Assembly (NCBI GenBank): GCA_964016885.1
Contig: OZ024740.1
Coordinates: 79,608,001 to 79,672,000 of the forward strand
Direction: 5' to 3'
DNA from: Eledone cirrhosa
Taxonomy: Eukaryota
Length of the DNA: 64,000 nt
Shown: piece by piece, positions 29,290-43,500 of the stretch
How the letters are laid out: each line of letters begins with the position of its first letter
Position numbering within the stretch: the first letter of the stretch is position 1
Notes under the pieces: model-generated
Seen by the model: the letters and a program-made list of their open reading frames with translations, nothing else
Database searches by the model: none
What the model was told of the DNA's origin: nothing
Position numbers and translations under genes: made by a program

Positions 29290-32200
29290 TGAAGACGGCC
29301 ACCAAAAATGAGACATGAAAAGAGCCACCAAATTTGAGACATTAAGGCAGCCACCGAAAGTGAGACACTGAAGACAGCGACCAAAATTGAAGCACTGAAG
29401 ACAGCCACCAATATTGAGACCCCGAAAACAGCCATTAAAATTGAGACACTGAAGACAGCCACTAAAATTGAGACACTAAATACAGCCACCAAAATTGAGA
29501 CACTGAAGACAGCCACCAAAACTGAGACACGGAAGACAGCCACCAAAATTGAGACACTGAAGACATCCACTAATATTGAGACATCGAAGGCAGCCACGAA
29601 AATTGAGACACTGAAAACAGCCACCAAAATTTAGACACTAAGACAATCACCAAAATTGAGACATCGAAGACAGCCACAAAATTGAGACACTAAGACAGCC
29701 ACTAAAATTGAGACACTGAAGACAGACACCAAAATTGAGACACTGAAGAGTGCCACCAAAATTGAAACACCGAAGATAGCCACGAAAACTGAGACACCGA
29801 AGACATCCACTAAAATTGAGACACTGAAGACAGCCCCCAAAATTTAGACACTAAGACAATCTCCAAAATTGCGACATCGAAGACAGCCACCAAAATTGAG
29901 ACACTGAAGACACCCACTAAATTTGAGACATCGAAGGTAGCCACCAAAATTGAGACGCTGAAGACAGCCACCAAAACTGAGTCACGGAAGACAGCCACCA
30001 AAATTGAGACACTGAAGACAGCCACCAAAACTGAGACTTCGAAGGCAGCCACGAAAATTGAGACACTGAAGACAGCCACCAAAATTGAGACACTGAAGAC
30101 AACCACCAAATTTTAGACACTGAAGACAGTCACCAAAATTGAGACACTGAAGACAGCCACCAAAATTGAATGATCGAAGGCAGCCACCAAAATTGATACA
30201 CTGAAGACAGCCACAAAAATTGAGACACTGAAGCCAGCCACCAAAATAGAGACATTGAAGACAGCGACCTAGATTGAGACACTGAAGATAGCCACCAAAT
30301 TTGAGACACTAAGACAGCCACCGAAAGTGAGACACTGAAGACAGCGACTAAAATTGAGGCACTGAAAACAACCACCAATATTGATACCCTGAGCACAGCC
30401 ACTAAAATTGAGACAGAGAAGACAGCCACCAAAATTGAGACACTGAAGACAGCCACCAAAATTGAGACACGGAAGACAGCAACTAAAATTGCGACACTGA
30501 AGACAGCCACCAAAATTGAGACACTGAAGACAACCACTAAAATTGAGACATCGAAGGCACCCACCAAAATTAAGACACTGAAGACATCCTCCATAATTGA
30601 GACACTGAAACAGCCACCAAAAATGAGACACTGAAAAGAGCCACCAAATTTGAGACATTAAGGCAGCCACCGAAAGTGAGACACTGAAGACAGCGACCAA
30701 AATTGAAGCACCGAAGACAGCCACCAATATTGAGACCCTGAAAACAGCCGCTAAAATTGAGACACTGAATACAGCCACCAAAAATGAGACACTAAGACAA
30801 TCACCAAAATTGAGACACTGAAGACAGCCACTAAAATTGAGACATCGAAGGCAGCCACCAAAATTGAGACACTGAAGACAGTCACCAAAATTGAGACACT
30901 GAAGATAGCCATTAAAACTGAGATACTGAAGACAGCCACGAAAATTGAGGCACTGAAGACAGCAACTAAAATTGCGACGCTGAAGACAGCCACAAAAATT
31001 GAGACACTGAACACAGCCATCAAAATTGAGACACTGAAGAGAGCCATCAAATTTGAGACACTAAGACAGCCACCGAAAGTGAGACACTGAAGAGAGCGAC
31101 CAAAATTGAGGCACTGAAGAGAGACACCAATATTGATACCCTGAGCACAGCCATTAAAATTGAGACAGTGAAGACAGCCACCAAAATTGAGACACTGAAG
31201 ACAGCCACCAAAATTGAGACACGGAACACAGCAACTAAAATTGCGACACTGAAGACAGCCACTAAAATTGAGACATCGAAGGCACCCACCAAAATTGAGA
31301 CACTGAAGACAGCCACTAAAATTGAGACACTGGAGACATCCTCCGAAATTGAGACACTGAAGACGGCCACCAAAAATGAGACATGAAAAGAGCCACCAAA
31401 TTTGAGACATTAAGGCAGCCACCGAAAGTGAGACACTGAAGACAGCGACCAAAATTGAAGCACCGAAGACAGCCACCAATATTGAGGCCCCGAAAACAGC
31501 CACTAAAATTGAGACACTGAAGACAGCCACTAAAATTGAGACACTGAATACAGCCACCAAAAATGAGACACTAAGACAATCACCAAAATTGAGACACTAA
31601 AGACAGCCACCAAAATTGAGACACTGAAGACAGCCACCAAAACTGAGACACGGAAGACAGCCACCAAAATTGAGACACTGAAAACAGCCACTAAAATTGA
31701 GACACTGAAGACAGCCACTAAAATTGAGACACTGAATACATCCACTAAAAATGAGACACCAAGACAATCACCAAAATTGAGACACTAAAGACAGTCACCA
31801 AAATTGAGACACTGAAGACAGCCACCAAAACTGAGACAGGGAAGACAGCCACCAAAATTGAGACACTGAAGACATCCACTAATATTGAGACATCGAAGGC
31901 AGCCACGAAAATTGAGTCACTGAAAACAGCCACCAAAATTTAGACACTAAGAAAATCACCAAAATTGAGACATCGAAGACAGCCACCAAAATTGAGACAC
32001 TAAGACAGCCACTAAAATTGAGACACTGAAGACGGCCACCAAAAATGAGACATGAAAAGAGCCACCAAATTTGAGACATTAAGGCAGCCACCGAAAGTGA
32101 GACACTGAAGACAGCGACCAAAATTGAAGCACTGAAGACAGCCACCAATATTGAGACCCCGAAAACAGCCATTAAAATTGAGACACTGAAGACAGCCACT

Positions 32201-34330
32201 AAAATTGAGACACTAAATACAGCCACCAAAATTGAGACACTGAAGACAGCCACCAAAACTGAGACACGGAAGACAGCCACCAAAATTGAGACACTGAAGA
32301 CATCCACTAATATTGAGACATCGAAGGCAGCCACGAAAATTGAGACACTGAAAACAGCCACCAAAATTTAGACACTAAGACAATCACCAAAATTGAGACA
32401 TCGAAGACAGCCACCAAAATTGAGACACTAAGACAGCCACTAAAATTGAGACACTGAAGACAGACACCAAAATTGAGACACTGAAGAGTGCCACCAAAAT
32501 TGAAACACCGAAGATAGCCACGAAAACTGAGACACCGAATACATCCACTAAAATTGAGACACTGAAGACAGCCCCCAAAATTTAGACACTAAGACAATCT
32601 CCAAAATTGCGACATCGAAGACAGCCACCAAAATTGAGACACTGAAGACACCCACTAAATTTGAGACATCGAAGGTAGCCACCAAAATTGAGACGCTGAA
32701 GACAGCAACCAAAATTGAGTCACGGAAGACAGCCACCAAAATTGAGACACTGAAGACAGCCACCAAAACTGAGACTTCGAAGGCAGCCACGAAAATTGAG
32801 ACACTGAAGACAGCCACCAAAATTGAGACACTGAAGACAACCACCAAATTTTAGACACTGAAGACAGTCACCAAAATTGAGACACTGAAGACAGCCACCA
32901 AAATTGAGAGATCGAAGGCAGCCACCAAAATTGATACACTGAAGACAGCCACAAAAATTGAGACACTGAAGCCAGCCACCAAAATAGAGACATTGAAGAC
33001 AGCGACCTAGATTGAGACACTGAAGATAGCCACCAAATTTGAGACACTAAGACAGCCACCGAAAGTGAGACACTGAAGACAGTGACTAAAATTGAGGCAC
33101 TGAAAACAACCACCAATATTGATACCCTGAGCACAGCCACTAAAATTGAGACAGAGAAGACAGCCACCAAAATTGAGACACTGAAGACAGCCACCAAAAT
33201 TGAGACACGGAAGACAGCAACTAAAATTGCGACACTGAAGACAGCCACCAAAATTGAGACACTGAAGACAACCACTAAAATTGAGACATCGAAGGCACCC
33301 ACCAAAATTAAGACACTGAAGACATCCTCCATAATTGAGACACTGAAACAGCCACCAAAAATGAGACACTGAAAAGAGCCACCAAATTTGAGACATTAAG
33401 GCAGCCACCGAAAGTGAGACACTGAAGACAGCGACCAAAATTGAAGCACCGAAGACAGCCACCAATATTGAGACCCTGAAAACAGCCGCTAAAATTGAGA
33501 CACTGAATACAGCCACAAAAAATGAGACACTAAGACAATCACCAAAATTGAGACACTGAAGACAGCCACTAAAATTGAGACATCGAAGGCAGCCACCAAA
33601 ATTGAGACACTGAAGATAGTCACCAAAATTGAGACACTGAATATAGCCATTAAAACTGAGATACTGAAGACAGCCACGAAAATTGAGGCACTGAAGACAG
33701 CAACTAAAATTGCGACGCTGAAGACAGCCACAAAAATTGAGACACTGAAGACAGCCATCAAAATTGAGACACTGAAGAGAGCCACCAAATTTGAGACACT
33801 AAGACAGCCACCGAAAGTGAGACACTGAAGAGAGCGACCAAAATTGAGGCACTGAAGAGAGACACCAATATTGATACCCTGAGCACAGCCATTAAAATTG
33901 AGACAGTGAAGACAGCCACCAAAATTGAGACACTGAAGACAGCCACCAAAATTGAGACACGGAACACAGCAACTAAAATTGCGACACTGAAGACAGCCAC
34001 TAAAATTGAGACATCGAAGGCACCCACCAAAATTGAGACACTGAAGACAGCCACTAAAATTGAGACACTGGAGACATCCTCCGAAATTGAGACACTGAAG
34101 ACGGCCACCAAAAATGAGACATGAAAAGAGCCACCAAATTTGAGACATTAAGGCAGCCACCGAAAGTGAGACACTGAAGACAGCGACCAAAATTGAAGCA
34201 CCGAAGACAGCCACCAATATTGAGGCCCCGAAAACAGCCACTAAAATTGAGACACTGAAGACAGCCACTAAAATTGAGACACTGAATACAGCCACCAAAA
34301 ATGAGACACTAAGACAATAACCAAAATTGA
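29290..34330. repeat. Tandem higher-order units with 2738-bp period
   Basis: Offset 2738 at 29810/32548, 30130/32868, 30751/33489, 31168/33906 and 31530/34268. Confidence 0.9.
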
Positions 34331-34519
34331 GACACTAAAGACAGCCACCAAAATTGAGACACTGAACACAGCCACTAAATTTGAGACATCGAAGGCAGCC
34401 ACCAAAATTGAGACACTGAAGACAGCCACCAAAACTGAGACACGGGAGACAGCCACCAAAATTGAGACACTGAAGACAGCCACCAAAATTGAGACACTGA
34501 AGACAGCCACTAAAATTGA

Positions 34520-37500
34520 GACACTGAAGACAGCCACCAAAACTGAGACATCGAAGGCAGCCACGAAAATTGAGACACTGAAGACAGCCACCAAAATTGA
34601 AACAGTGAAGACATCCACGAAAATTGAGACACTGAAGACAGCAACTAAAATTGCGACGCTGAAGACAGCCACCAAAATTGAGACACTTAAGACAACCACT
34701 AAAATTGAGACATCGAAGGGAGCCACCAAAATCGAGACACTGCAGACAGTCACCAAAATTGAGACACTGAAGACAGCCACCAAAACTGAGACATCGAAGG
34801 CAGCCACGAAAATTGAGACACTGAAGACAGCCACCAAAATTGAGACACTGAAGACAGCCACCAAAATTGAGACACGGAAGACCAACTTAAATTGCGACAC
34901 TGAAGACAGCCACCAAAATTGAGACACTGAAGACAGCCACCGAAATTGAGACACTGAAGATAGCCACCAAAATTGAAACATCGAAGGCAGCCACCAAAAT
35001 TGAGACACTGAAGACAGCCACCAAAACTGAGACATTGAAGATAGACACCAAAATTGAGACATTGAAGACAGTCACCCAAATTGAGACACTGGAGACAGCC
35101 ACCAAAATTGAGCCACTGAAGACAGCCACTAATATTGAGACACTGAAGACAGCCATTAAAATTGAGACATCGAAGGCAGCCACCAAAATTGAGACACTGA
35201 AGACAGCGACAAAAATTGAAGCACTGAAGACAGCCACCAAAAATGAGACACTGAAGACAGCCACCAAAACTGAGACACGGTCGACAGCCACCAAAATTAA
35301 GACACTGAAGACAGCCACCAAAATTGAGACACTTAAGACAACCACTAAAATTGAGACATCGAAGGCAGCCACCAAAATTGAGACACTGAAGACAGCCACC
35401 AAAACTGAGACATCGAAGGCAGCCACGAAAATTGAGACACTGAAGACAGCCACCAAAATTGAGACACTGAAGACAGCCACCAAAATTGAGACACGGAAGA
35501 CCAACTAAAATTGCGACACTGAAGACAGCCACCAAAATTGAGACACTGAAGACAGCCACCGAAATTGAGACACTGAAGATAGCCACCAAAATTGAAACAT
35601 CGAAGGCAGCCACCAAAATTGAGACACTGAAGACAGCCACCAAAACTGAGACATTGAAGACAGTCACCCAAATTGAGACCTGGAGACAGCCACCAAAATT
35701 GAGCCACTGAAGACAGCCACCAAAATTGAGACACTGAAGATAGCCACCAAAATTGACACACCCATGACAGCCACTAAAATTGAGACGTCGAAGGCAGCCA
35801 CCAAAATTGAGACACTAAAGACAGCCACCAAAATTGAGACACTGAAGATAGCCAACAAAGTTGAGACACTGAAGACAGCCACTAATATTGAGACACTGAA
35901 GACAGCCAGTAAAATTGAGACATCGAAGGAAGCCGCCAAAATTGAGACACTGAAGAGACCCACTAAAATTGAGACACTGAAGACAGGCACCGAACTGAGA
36001 CATTGAAGACAGCCACCAAAATTGAGACACTGAAGACAGCCACCAAAACTGAGACAATGAAGATAGCAAACAAAATTGAGACATTGAAGACAGTCACACA
36101 AATTGAGACATTGGAGAGAGCCACCAAAATTGAGCCACTGAAGACAGCCACAAAAATTGTGACACCGATGACAGCCACTAAAATTGAGACGTCGAAGGCA
36201 GCCACCAAAATTGAGACATTAAAGACAGTCACCAAAATTGAGACACTGAAGACAGCCACTAATATTGAGACACTGAAGACAGCCATTAAAATTGAGACAT
36301 CGAAGGCAGCCACCAAAATTGAGACACTGAAGACAGCGACAAAAATTGAAGCACTGAAGACAGCCACCAAAAATGAGACACTGAAGACATCCACCAAAAC
36401 TGAGACACGGTAGACAGCCACCAAAATAGAGACACTGAAGACAGCCACCAAAATTGAGACACTTAAGACAGCCACTAAAATTGAGACATCGAAGGCAGTC
36501 TACAAAATTGAGACACTGCAGACAGTCACCAAAATGGAGACACTGAAGACAGCCACCAAAATTGAGACACTTAAGACAGCCACTAAAATTGAGACATCGA
36601 AGGCAGCCACGAAAATTGAGACACTGAAGACAGCCACCAAAATTGAGACACTGAAAACAGCCACCAAAATTGAGACACGGAAGACCAACTAAAATTGCGA
36701 CACTGAAGACAGCCACCAAAATTGAGACACTGAAGACAGCCACCAAAATTGAGACATTTAAGATAGCCACGAAAACTGAGACACGGAAGACAGCCACAAA
36801 AATTGAGACACTGAAGACAGCCACTAAAATTGAGACATCGAAGGCAGCCACGAAAATTGAGACACTGAAGACAGCCACCAAAACTTAGACACTAAGACAA
36901 TTACCAAAATTGAGAAATCGAAGACAGCCACCAAAATTGAGACACTAAGACAGCCACTAAAATTGAGACACTGAAGACAGCCACCAAAATTGAGACACTG
37001 AAGGGTGCCACCAAGATTGAGACACTGAAGAAAGCCACGAAAACTGAGACACCGAAGACATCCACTAAAATTGAGACACTAAGACAATCACCAAAATTGA
37101 CACATCGAAGACAGCCACCAAAATTGAGACACTGAAGACACCCACTAAATTTGAGACATCGAAGGCAGCCACCAAAATTGAGACACTGAAGACAGCCACC
37201 AAATCTGAGACAGTGAAGACAGCCACCAAAATTGAGACACTGAAGACAGCCACCAAAATTGAGACACGGAAGACAACAACTAAAATTGCGACACTGAAGA
37301 CAGCCACCAAAATTGAGACACTCAAGACAGCCACCAAAATTGAGACACTGAAGATAGCCACGAAAACTGAGACACTGAAGACATCCACTAAAATTGAGAC
37401 ACTAAGACAATCACCAAAATTGAGACATCGATGACAGCCACCAAAATTGAGACACAGAAGACAGCCCCCAAAACTGAGACAATGAAGATAGCAACCAAAA

Positions 37501-40500
37501 TTGAGACATCGAAGGCAGCCAACAAAATTGAGACACTGAAGAGTGCCACTAATATTGAGACACTGAAGACAGCCATTAAAATTGAGACAGTGAAGACAGC
37601 CACCAAAATTAAGACACTGAAGACAACCACTATAATTGAGACACTGAAGACAGCCACCAAAATTGAGACACTGAAGACAGCCACCAAAACTGAGACATTG
37701 AAGACAGCCACCAAAATTGAGACACTGAAGACAGCCACCAAAACTGAGACAATGAAGATAGCAACCAAAATTGAGACATTGAAGACAGTCACCCAAATTG
37801 AGACACTGGAGAGAGCCACGAAAATTGAGACACCGATGACAGCCACTAAAATTGAGACGTGGAAGGCAGCCACCAAAATTGAGACACTAAAGACAGCCAC
37901 CAAAATTGAGACACTGAAGACAGCCACTAATATTGAGACACTGAAGACAGCCATTAAAATTGAGACATCGAAGGAAGCCACCAAAATTGAGACACTGCAG
38001 ACAGTCACCAAAATTGAGACACTGAAGACAGCCACCAAAACTGAGACATCGAAGGCAGCCACGAAAATTGAGACACTGAAGGCAGCCACCAAAATTGAGA
38101 CACGGAAGACCAACTAAAATTGCGACACTGAAGACAGCCACCAAAATTGAGACACTGAAGACAGCCACCAAAATTGAAACACTGAAGATAGCCACGAAAA
38201 CTGAGACACTGAAGACATCCACTAAAATTGAGACACTGAAGACAGCCACCAAAATTTAGACACTAAGACAATCACCAAAATTGAGACATCGAAGACAGCT
38301 ACCAAAATTGAGACACTAAGACAGCCACTAAAATTGAAACACTGAAGACAGCAACCAAAATTGAGACACTGAAGATAGCCACCAAAATAGAAACATCGAA
38401 GGCAGCCACTAAAATTGAGACACTGAAGACAGCCACCAAAATTGAGTCACTGAAGACATCCAACAAAACTGAGACACGGAAGACAGCCACCAAAATTGAG
38501 ACACTGAAGACAGCCACAAAAATTGAGACACTGAAGACAGCCACTAAAATTGAGACATCCAAGGCAGCCACGTAAATTGAGACACTGAAGACAGCCACCA
38601 AAATTTAGACACTGAAGACAGCCACCAAAATTGAGACACTGAAGATAGCCATTAAAACTGAGATACTGAAGACAACCACTAAAATTGAGACACTGAAGAC
38701 AGCTACCAAAATTGAGACACTGAAGGTAGCCACGAAAACTGAGACATTGAAGACAGCCACTAAAATTGAGACACTGAAGACAGCCACCAAAATTTAGACA
38801 CTAAGACAATCACCAAAATTGAGACATCGAAGACACCCACCAAAATTGAGACACTGAACACAGCCACTAAATTTGAGACATCGAAGGCAGCCACCAAAAT
38901 TGAGACACTGAAGACAGCCACCAAAACTGAGACACTGAAGACAGCCACCAAAATGAGAAACTGAAGACAGCCACCAAAATTGAGACACTGAAGACAGCCA
39001 CTAAAATTGAGACATCGAAGGCAACCACCAAAATTGAGACACTGAAGACAGTCACCAAAATTGAGACACTGAAGACAGCCACCAAAATTGAAACACTGAA
39101 GAAGCCGCGAAAATTGAGACACTGAAGACAGCACCTAAAATTGCGACACTGAAGACAGCCAACAAAATTGAGACACTGAAGAGAGCCACCAAATTTGAGA
39201 CACTAAGACAGCCACCGAAAGTGAGACACTGAAGACAGCGACCAAAATTGAGGCACTGAAGACAGCCACCAATATTGATACCCTGAGGACGGCCACTAAA
39301 ATTGAGACAGTGAAGACAGCCACCCAAATTGAGACACTGAAGACAGCCACCAAAATTGAGACACGGAACAGAGCAACTAAAATTGCGACACTGAAGACAG
39401 CCACTAAAATTGAGACATCGAAGGCACCCACCAAAATTGAGACACTGAAGACAGCCACTAAAATTGAGACACTGAAGACATCCTCCAAAATTGAGACACT
39501 GAAGACAGCCACCAAAAACGAGACACTGAAAAGAGCCACCAAATTTGAGACATTAAGGCAGCCACCGAAAGTGAGACACTGAAAACAGCGACCAAAATTG
39601 AAGCACCGAAGACAGCCACCAATATTGAGACTCTGAAAACAGCCGCTAAAATTGAGACACTGAATACAGCCACCAAAAATGAGACACTAAGACAATCACC
39701 AAAATTGAGACACTGAAGACAGCCACTAAAATTGAGACATCGAAGGCAGCCACCAAAATTGAGACACTGAAGACAGTCACCAAAATTGAGACACTGAAGA
39801 CAGCCACCAAAACTGAGACATCGAAGGCAGCCACGAAAATTGAGACACTGAAGACAGCCACCAAAATTGAAACAGTGAAGACATCCACGAAAATTGAGAC
39901 ACTGAAGACAGCAACTAAAATTGCGACGCTGAAGACAGCCACAAAAATTGAGACACTGAAGACAGCCATCAAAATTGACACACAGAAGAGAGCCACCAAA
40001 TTTGAGACACTAAGACAGCCACCGAAAGTGAGACACTGAAGAGAGCGACCAAAATTGAGGCACTGAAGAGAGACACCAATATTGATACCCTGAGGACAGC
40101 CATTAAAATTGAGACAGTGAAGACAGCCACCAAAATTGAGACACTGAAGACAGCCACCAAAATTGAGACACGGAACACAGCAACAAAAATTGCGACACTG
40201 AAGACAGCCACTAAAATTGAGACATCGAAGGTACCCACCAAAATTGAGACACTGAAAACAGCCACTAAAATTGAGACACTGGAGACATCCTCCAAAATTG
40301 AGACACTGAAGACGGCCACCAAAAATGAGACATGAAAAGAGCCACCAAATTTGAGGCATTAAGGTAGCCACCGAAAGTGAGACACTGAAGACAGCGACCA
40401 AAATTGAAGCACTGAAGACAGCCACCAATATTGAGGCCCCGAAAACAGCCACTAAATTTGAGACACTGAAGACAGCCACTAAAATTGAGACACTGAATAC

Positions 40501-43500
40501 AGCCACCAAAAATGAGACACTAAGACAATCACCAAAATTGAGACACTAAAGACAGCCACCAAAATTGAGACACTGAAGACAGCCACCAAAACTGAGACAG
40601 GGAAGACAGCCACCAAAATTGAGACACTGAAAACAGCCACTAAAATTGAGACACTGCAGACAGCCACTAAAATTGAGACACTGAATACAGCCACCAAAAA
40701 TGAGACACCAAGACAACCACCAAAATTGAGACACTAAAGACAGCCACCAAAATTGAGACACTGAAGACAGCCACCAAAACTGAGACAGGGAAGACAGCCA
40801 CCAAAATTGAGACACTGAAGACATCCACTAATATTGAGACATCGAAGGCAGCCACGAAAATTGAGACACTGAAAACAGCCACCAAAATTTAGACACTAAG
40901 ACAATCACCAAAATTGAGACATCGAAGACAGCCACCAAAATTGAGACACTGAAGACAGCCACCAAAATTGAGACACTGAAGAGTGCCACCAAAATTGAAA
41001 CACTGAAGATAGCCACGAAAACTGAGACACCGAAGACATCCACTAAAATTGAGACACTGAAGACAGCCACCAAAATTTAGACACTAAGACAATCTCCAAA
41101 ATTGCGGCATCGAAGACAGCCACCAAAATTGAGACACTGAAGACACCCACTAAATTTGAGACATCGAAGGCAGCCACCAAAATTGAGACACTGAAGACAG
41201 CCACCAAAACTGAGACACGGAAGACAGCCACCAAAATTGAGACACTGAAGACAGCCACCAAAACTGAGACTTCGAAGGCAGCCACGAAAATTGAGACACT
41301 GAAGACAGCCACCAAAATTGAGACACTGAAGACAGCCACCAAAACTGAGACATCGAAGGCAGCCACGAAAATTGAGACACTGAAGACAGCCACCAAAATT
41401 GAAACAGTGAAGACATCCACGAAAATTGAGACACTGAAGACAGCAACTAAAATTGCGACGCTGAAGACAGCCACCAAAATTGAGACACTTAAGACAACCA
41501 CTAAAATTGAGACATCGAAGGGAGCCACCAAAATCGAGACACTGCAGACAGTCACCAAAATTGAGACACTGAAGACAGCCACCAAAACTGAGACATCGAA
41601 GGCAGCCACGAAAATTGAGACACTGAAGACAGCCACCAAAATTGAGACACTGAAGACAGCCACCAAAATTGAGACACGGAAGACCAACTTAAATTGCGAC
41701 ACTGAAGACAGCCACCAAAATTGAGACACTGAAGACAGCCACCGAAATTGAGACACTGAAGATAGCCACCAAAATTGAAACATCGAAGGCAGCCACCAAA
41801 ATTGAGACACTGAAGACAGCCACCAAAACTGAGACATTGAAGATAGACACCAAAATTGAGACATTGAAGACAGTCACCCAAATTGAGACACTGGAGACAG
41901 CCACCAAAATTGAGCCACTGAAGACAGCCACTAATATTGAGACACTGAAGACAGCCATTAAAATTGAGACATCGAAGGCAGCCACCAAAATTGAGACACT
42001 GAAGACAGCGACAAAAATTGAAGCACTGAAGACAGCCACCAAAAATGAGACACTGAAGACAGCCACCAAAACTGAGACACGGTCGACAGCCACCAAAATT
42101 AAGACACTGAAGACAGCCACCAAAATTGAGACACTTAAGACAACCACTAAAATTGAGACATCGAAGGCAGCCACCAAAATTGAGACACTGAAGACAGCCA
42201 CCAAAACTGAGACATCGAAGGCAGCCGCGAAAATTGAGACACTGAAGACAGCCACCAAAATTGAGACACTGAAGACAGCCACCAAAATTGAGACACGGAA
42301 GACCAACTAAAATTGCGACACTGAAGACAGCCACCAAAATTGAGACACTGAAGACAGCCACCGAAATTGAGACACTGAAGATAGCCACCAAAATTGAAAC
42401 ATCGAAGGCAGCCACCAAAATTGAGACACTGAAGACAGCCACCAAAACTGAGACATTGAAGATAGACACCAAAATTGAGACATTGAAGACAGTCACCCAA
42501 ATTGAGACCTGGAGACAGCCACCAAAATTGAGCCACTGAAGACAGCCACCAAAATTGAGACACTGAAGATAGCCACCAAAATTGAAACACCCATGACAGC
42601 CACTAAAATTGAGACGTCGAAGGCAGCCACCAAAATTGAGACACTAAAGACAGCCACCAAAATTGAGACACTGAAGATAGCCAACAAAGTTGAGACACTG
42701 AAGACAGCCACTAATATTGAGACACTGAAGACAGCCAGTAAAATTGAGACATCGAAGGAAGCCGCCAAAATTGAGACACTGAAGAGACCCACTAAAATTG
42801 AGACACTGAAGACAGGCACCGAACTGAGACATTGAAGACAGCCACCAAAATTGAGACACTGAAGACAGCCACCAAAACTGAGACAATGAAGATAGCAAAC
42901 AAAATTGAGACATTGAAGACAGTCACACAAATTGAGACATTGGAGAGAGCCACCAAAATTGAGCCACTGAAGACAGCCACAAAAATTGTGACACCGATGA
43001 CAGCCACTAAAATTGAGACGTCGAAGGCAGCCACCAAAATTGAGACATTAAAGACAGTCACCAAAATTGAGACACTGAAGACAGCCACTAATATTGAGAC
43101 ACTGAAGACAGCCATTAAAATTGAGACATCGAAGGCAGCCACCAAAATTGAGACACTGAAGACAGCGACAAAAATTGAAGCACTGAAGACAGCCACCAAA
43201 AATGAGACACTGAAGACATCCACCAAAACTGAGACACGGTAGACAGCCACCAAAATAGAGACACTGAAGACAGCCACCAAAATTGAGACACTTAAGACAG
43301 CCACTAAAATTGAGACATCGAAGGCAGTCTACAAAATTGAGACACTGCAGACAGTCACCAAAATGGAGACACTGAAGACAGCCACCAAAATTGAGACACT
43401 TAAGACAGCCACTAAAATTGAGACATCGAAGGCAGCCACGAAAATTGAGACACTGAAGACATCCACCAAAATTGAGACACTGAAAACAGCCACCAAAATT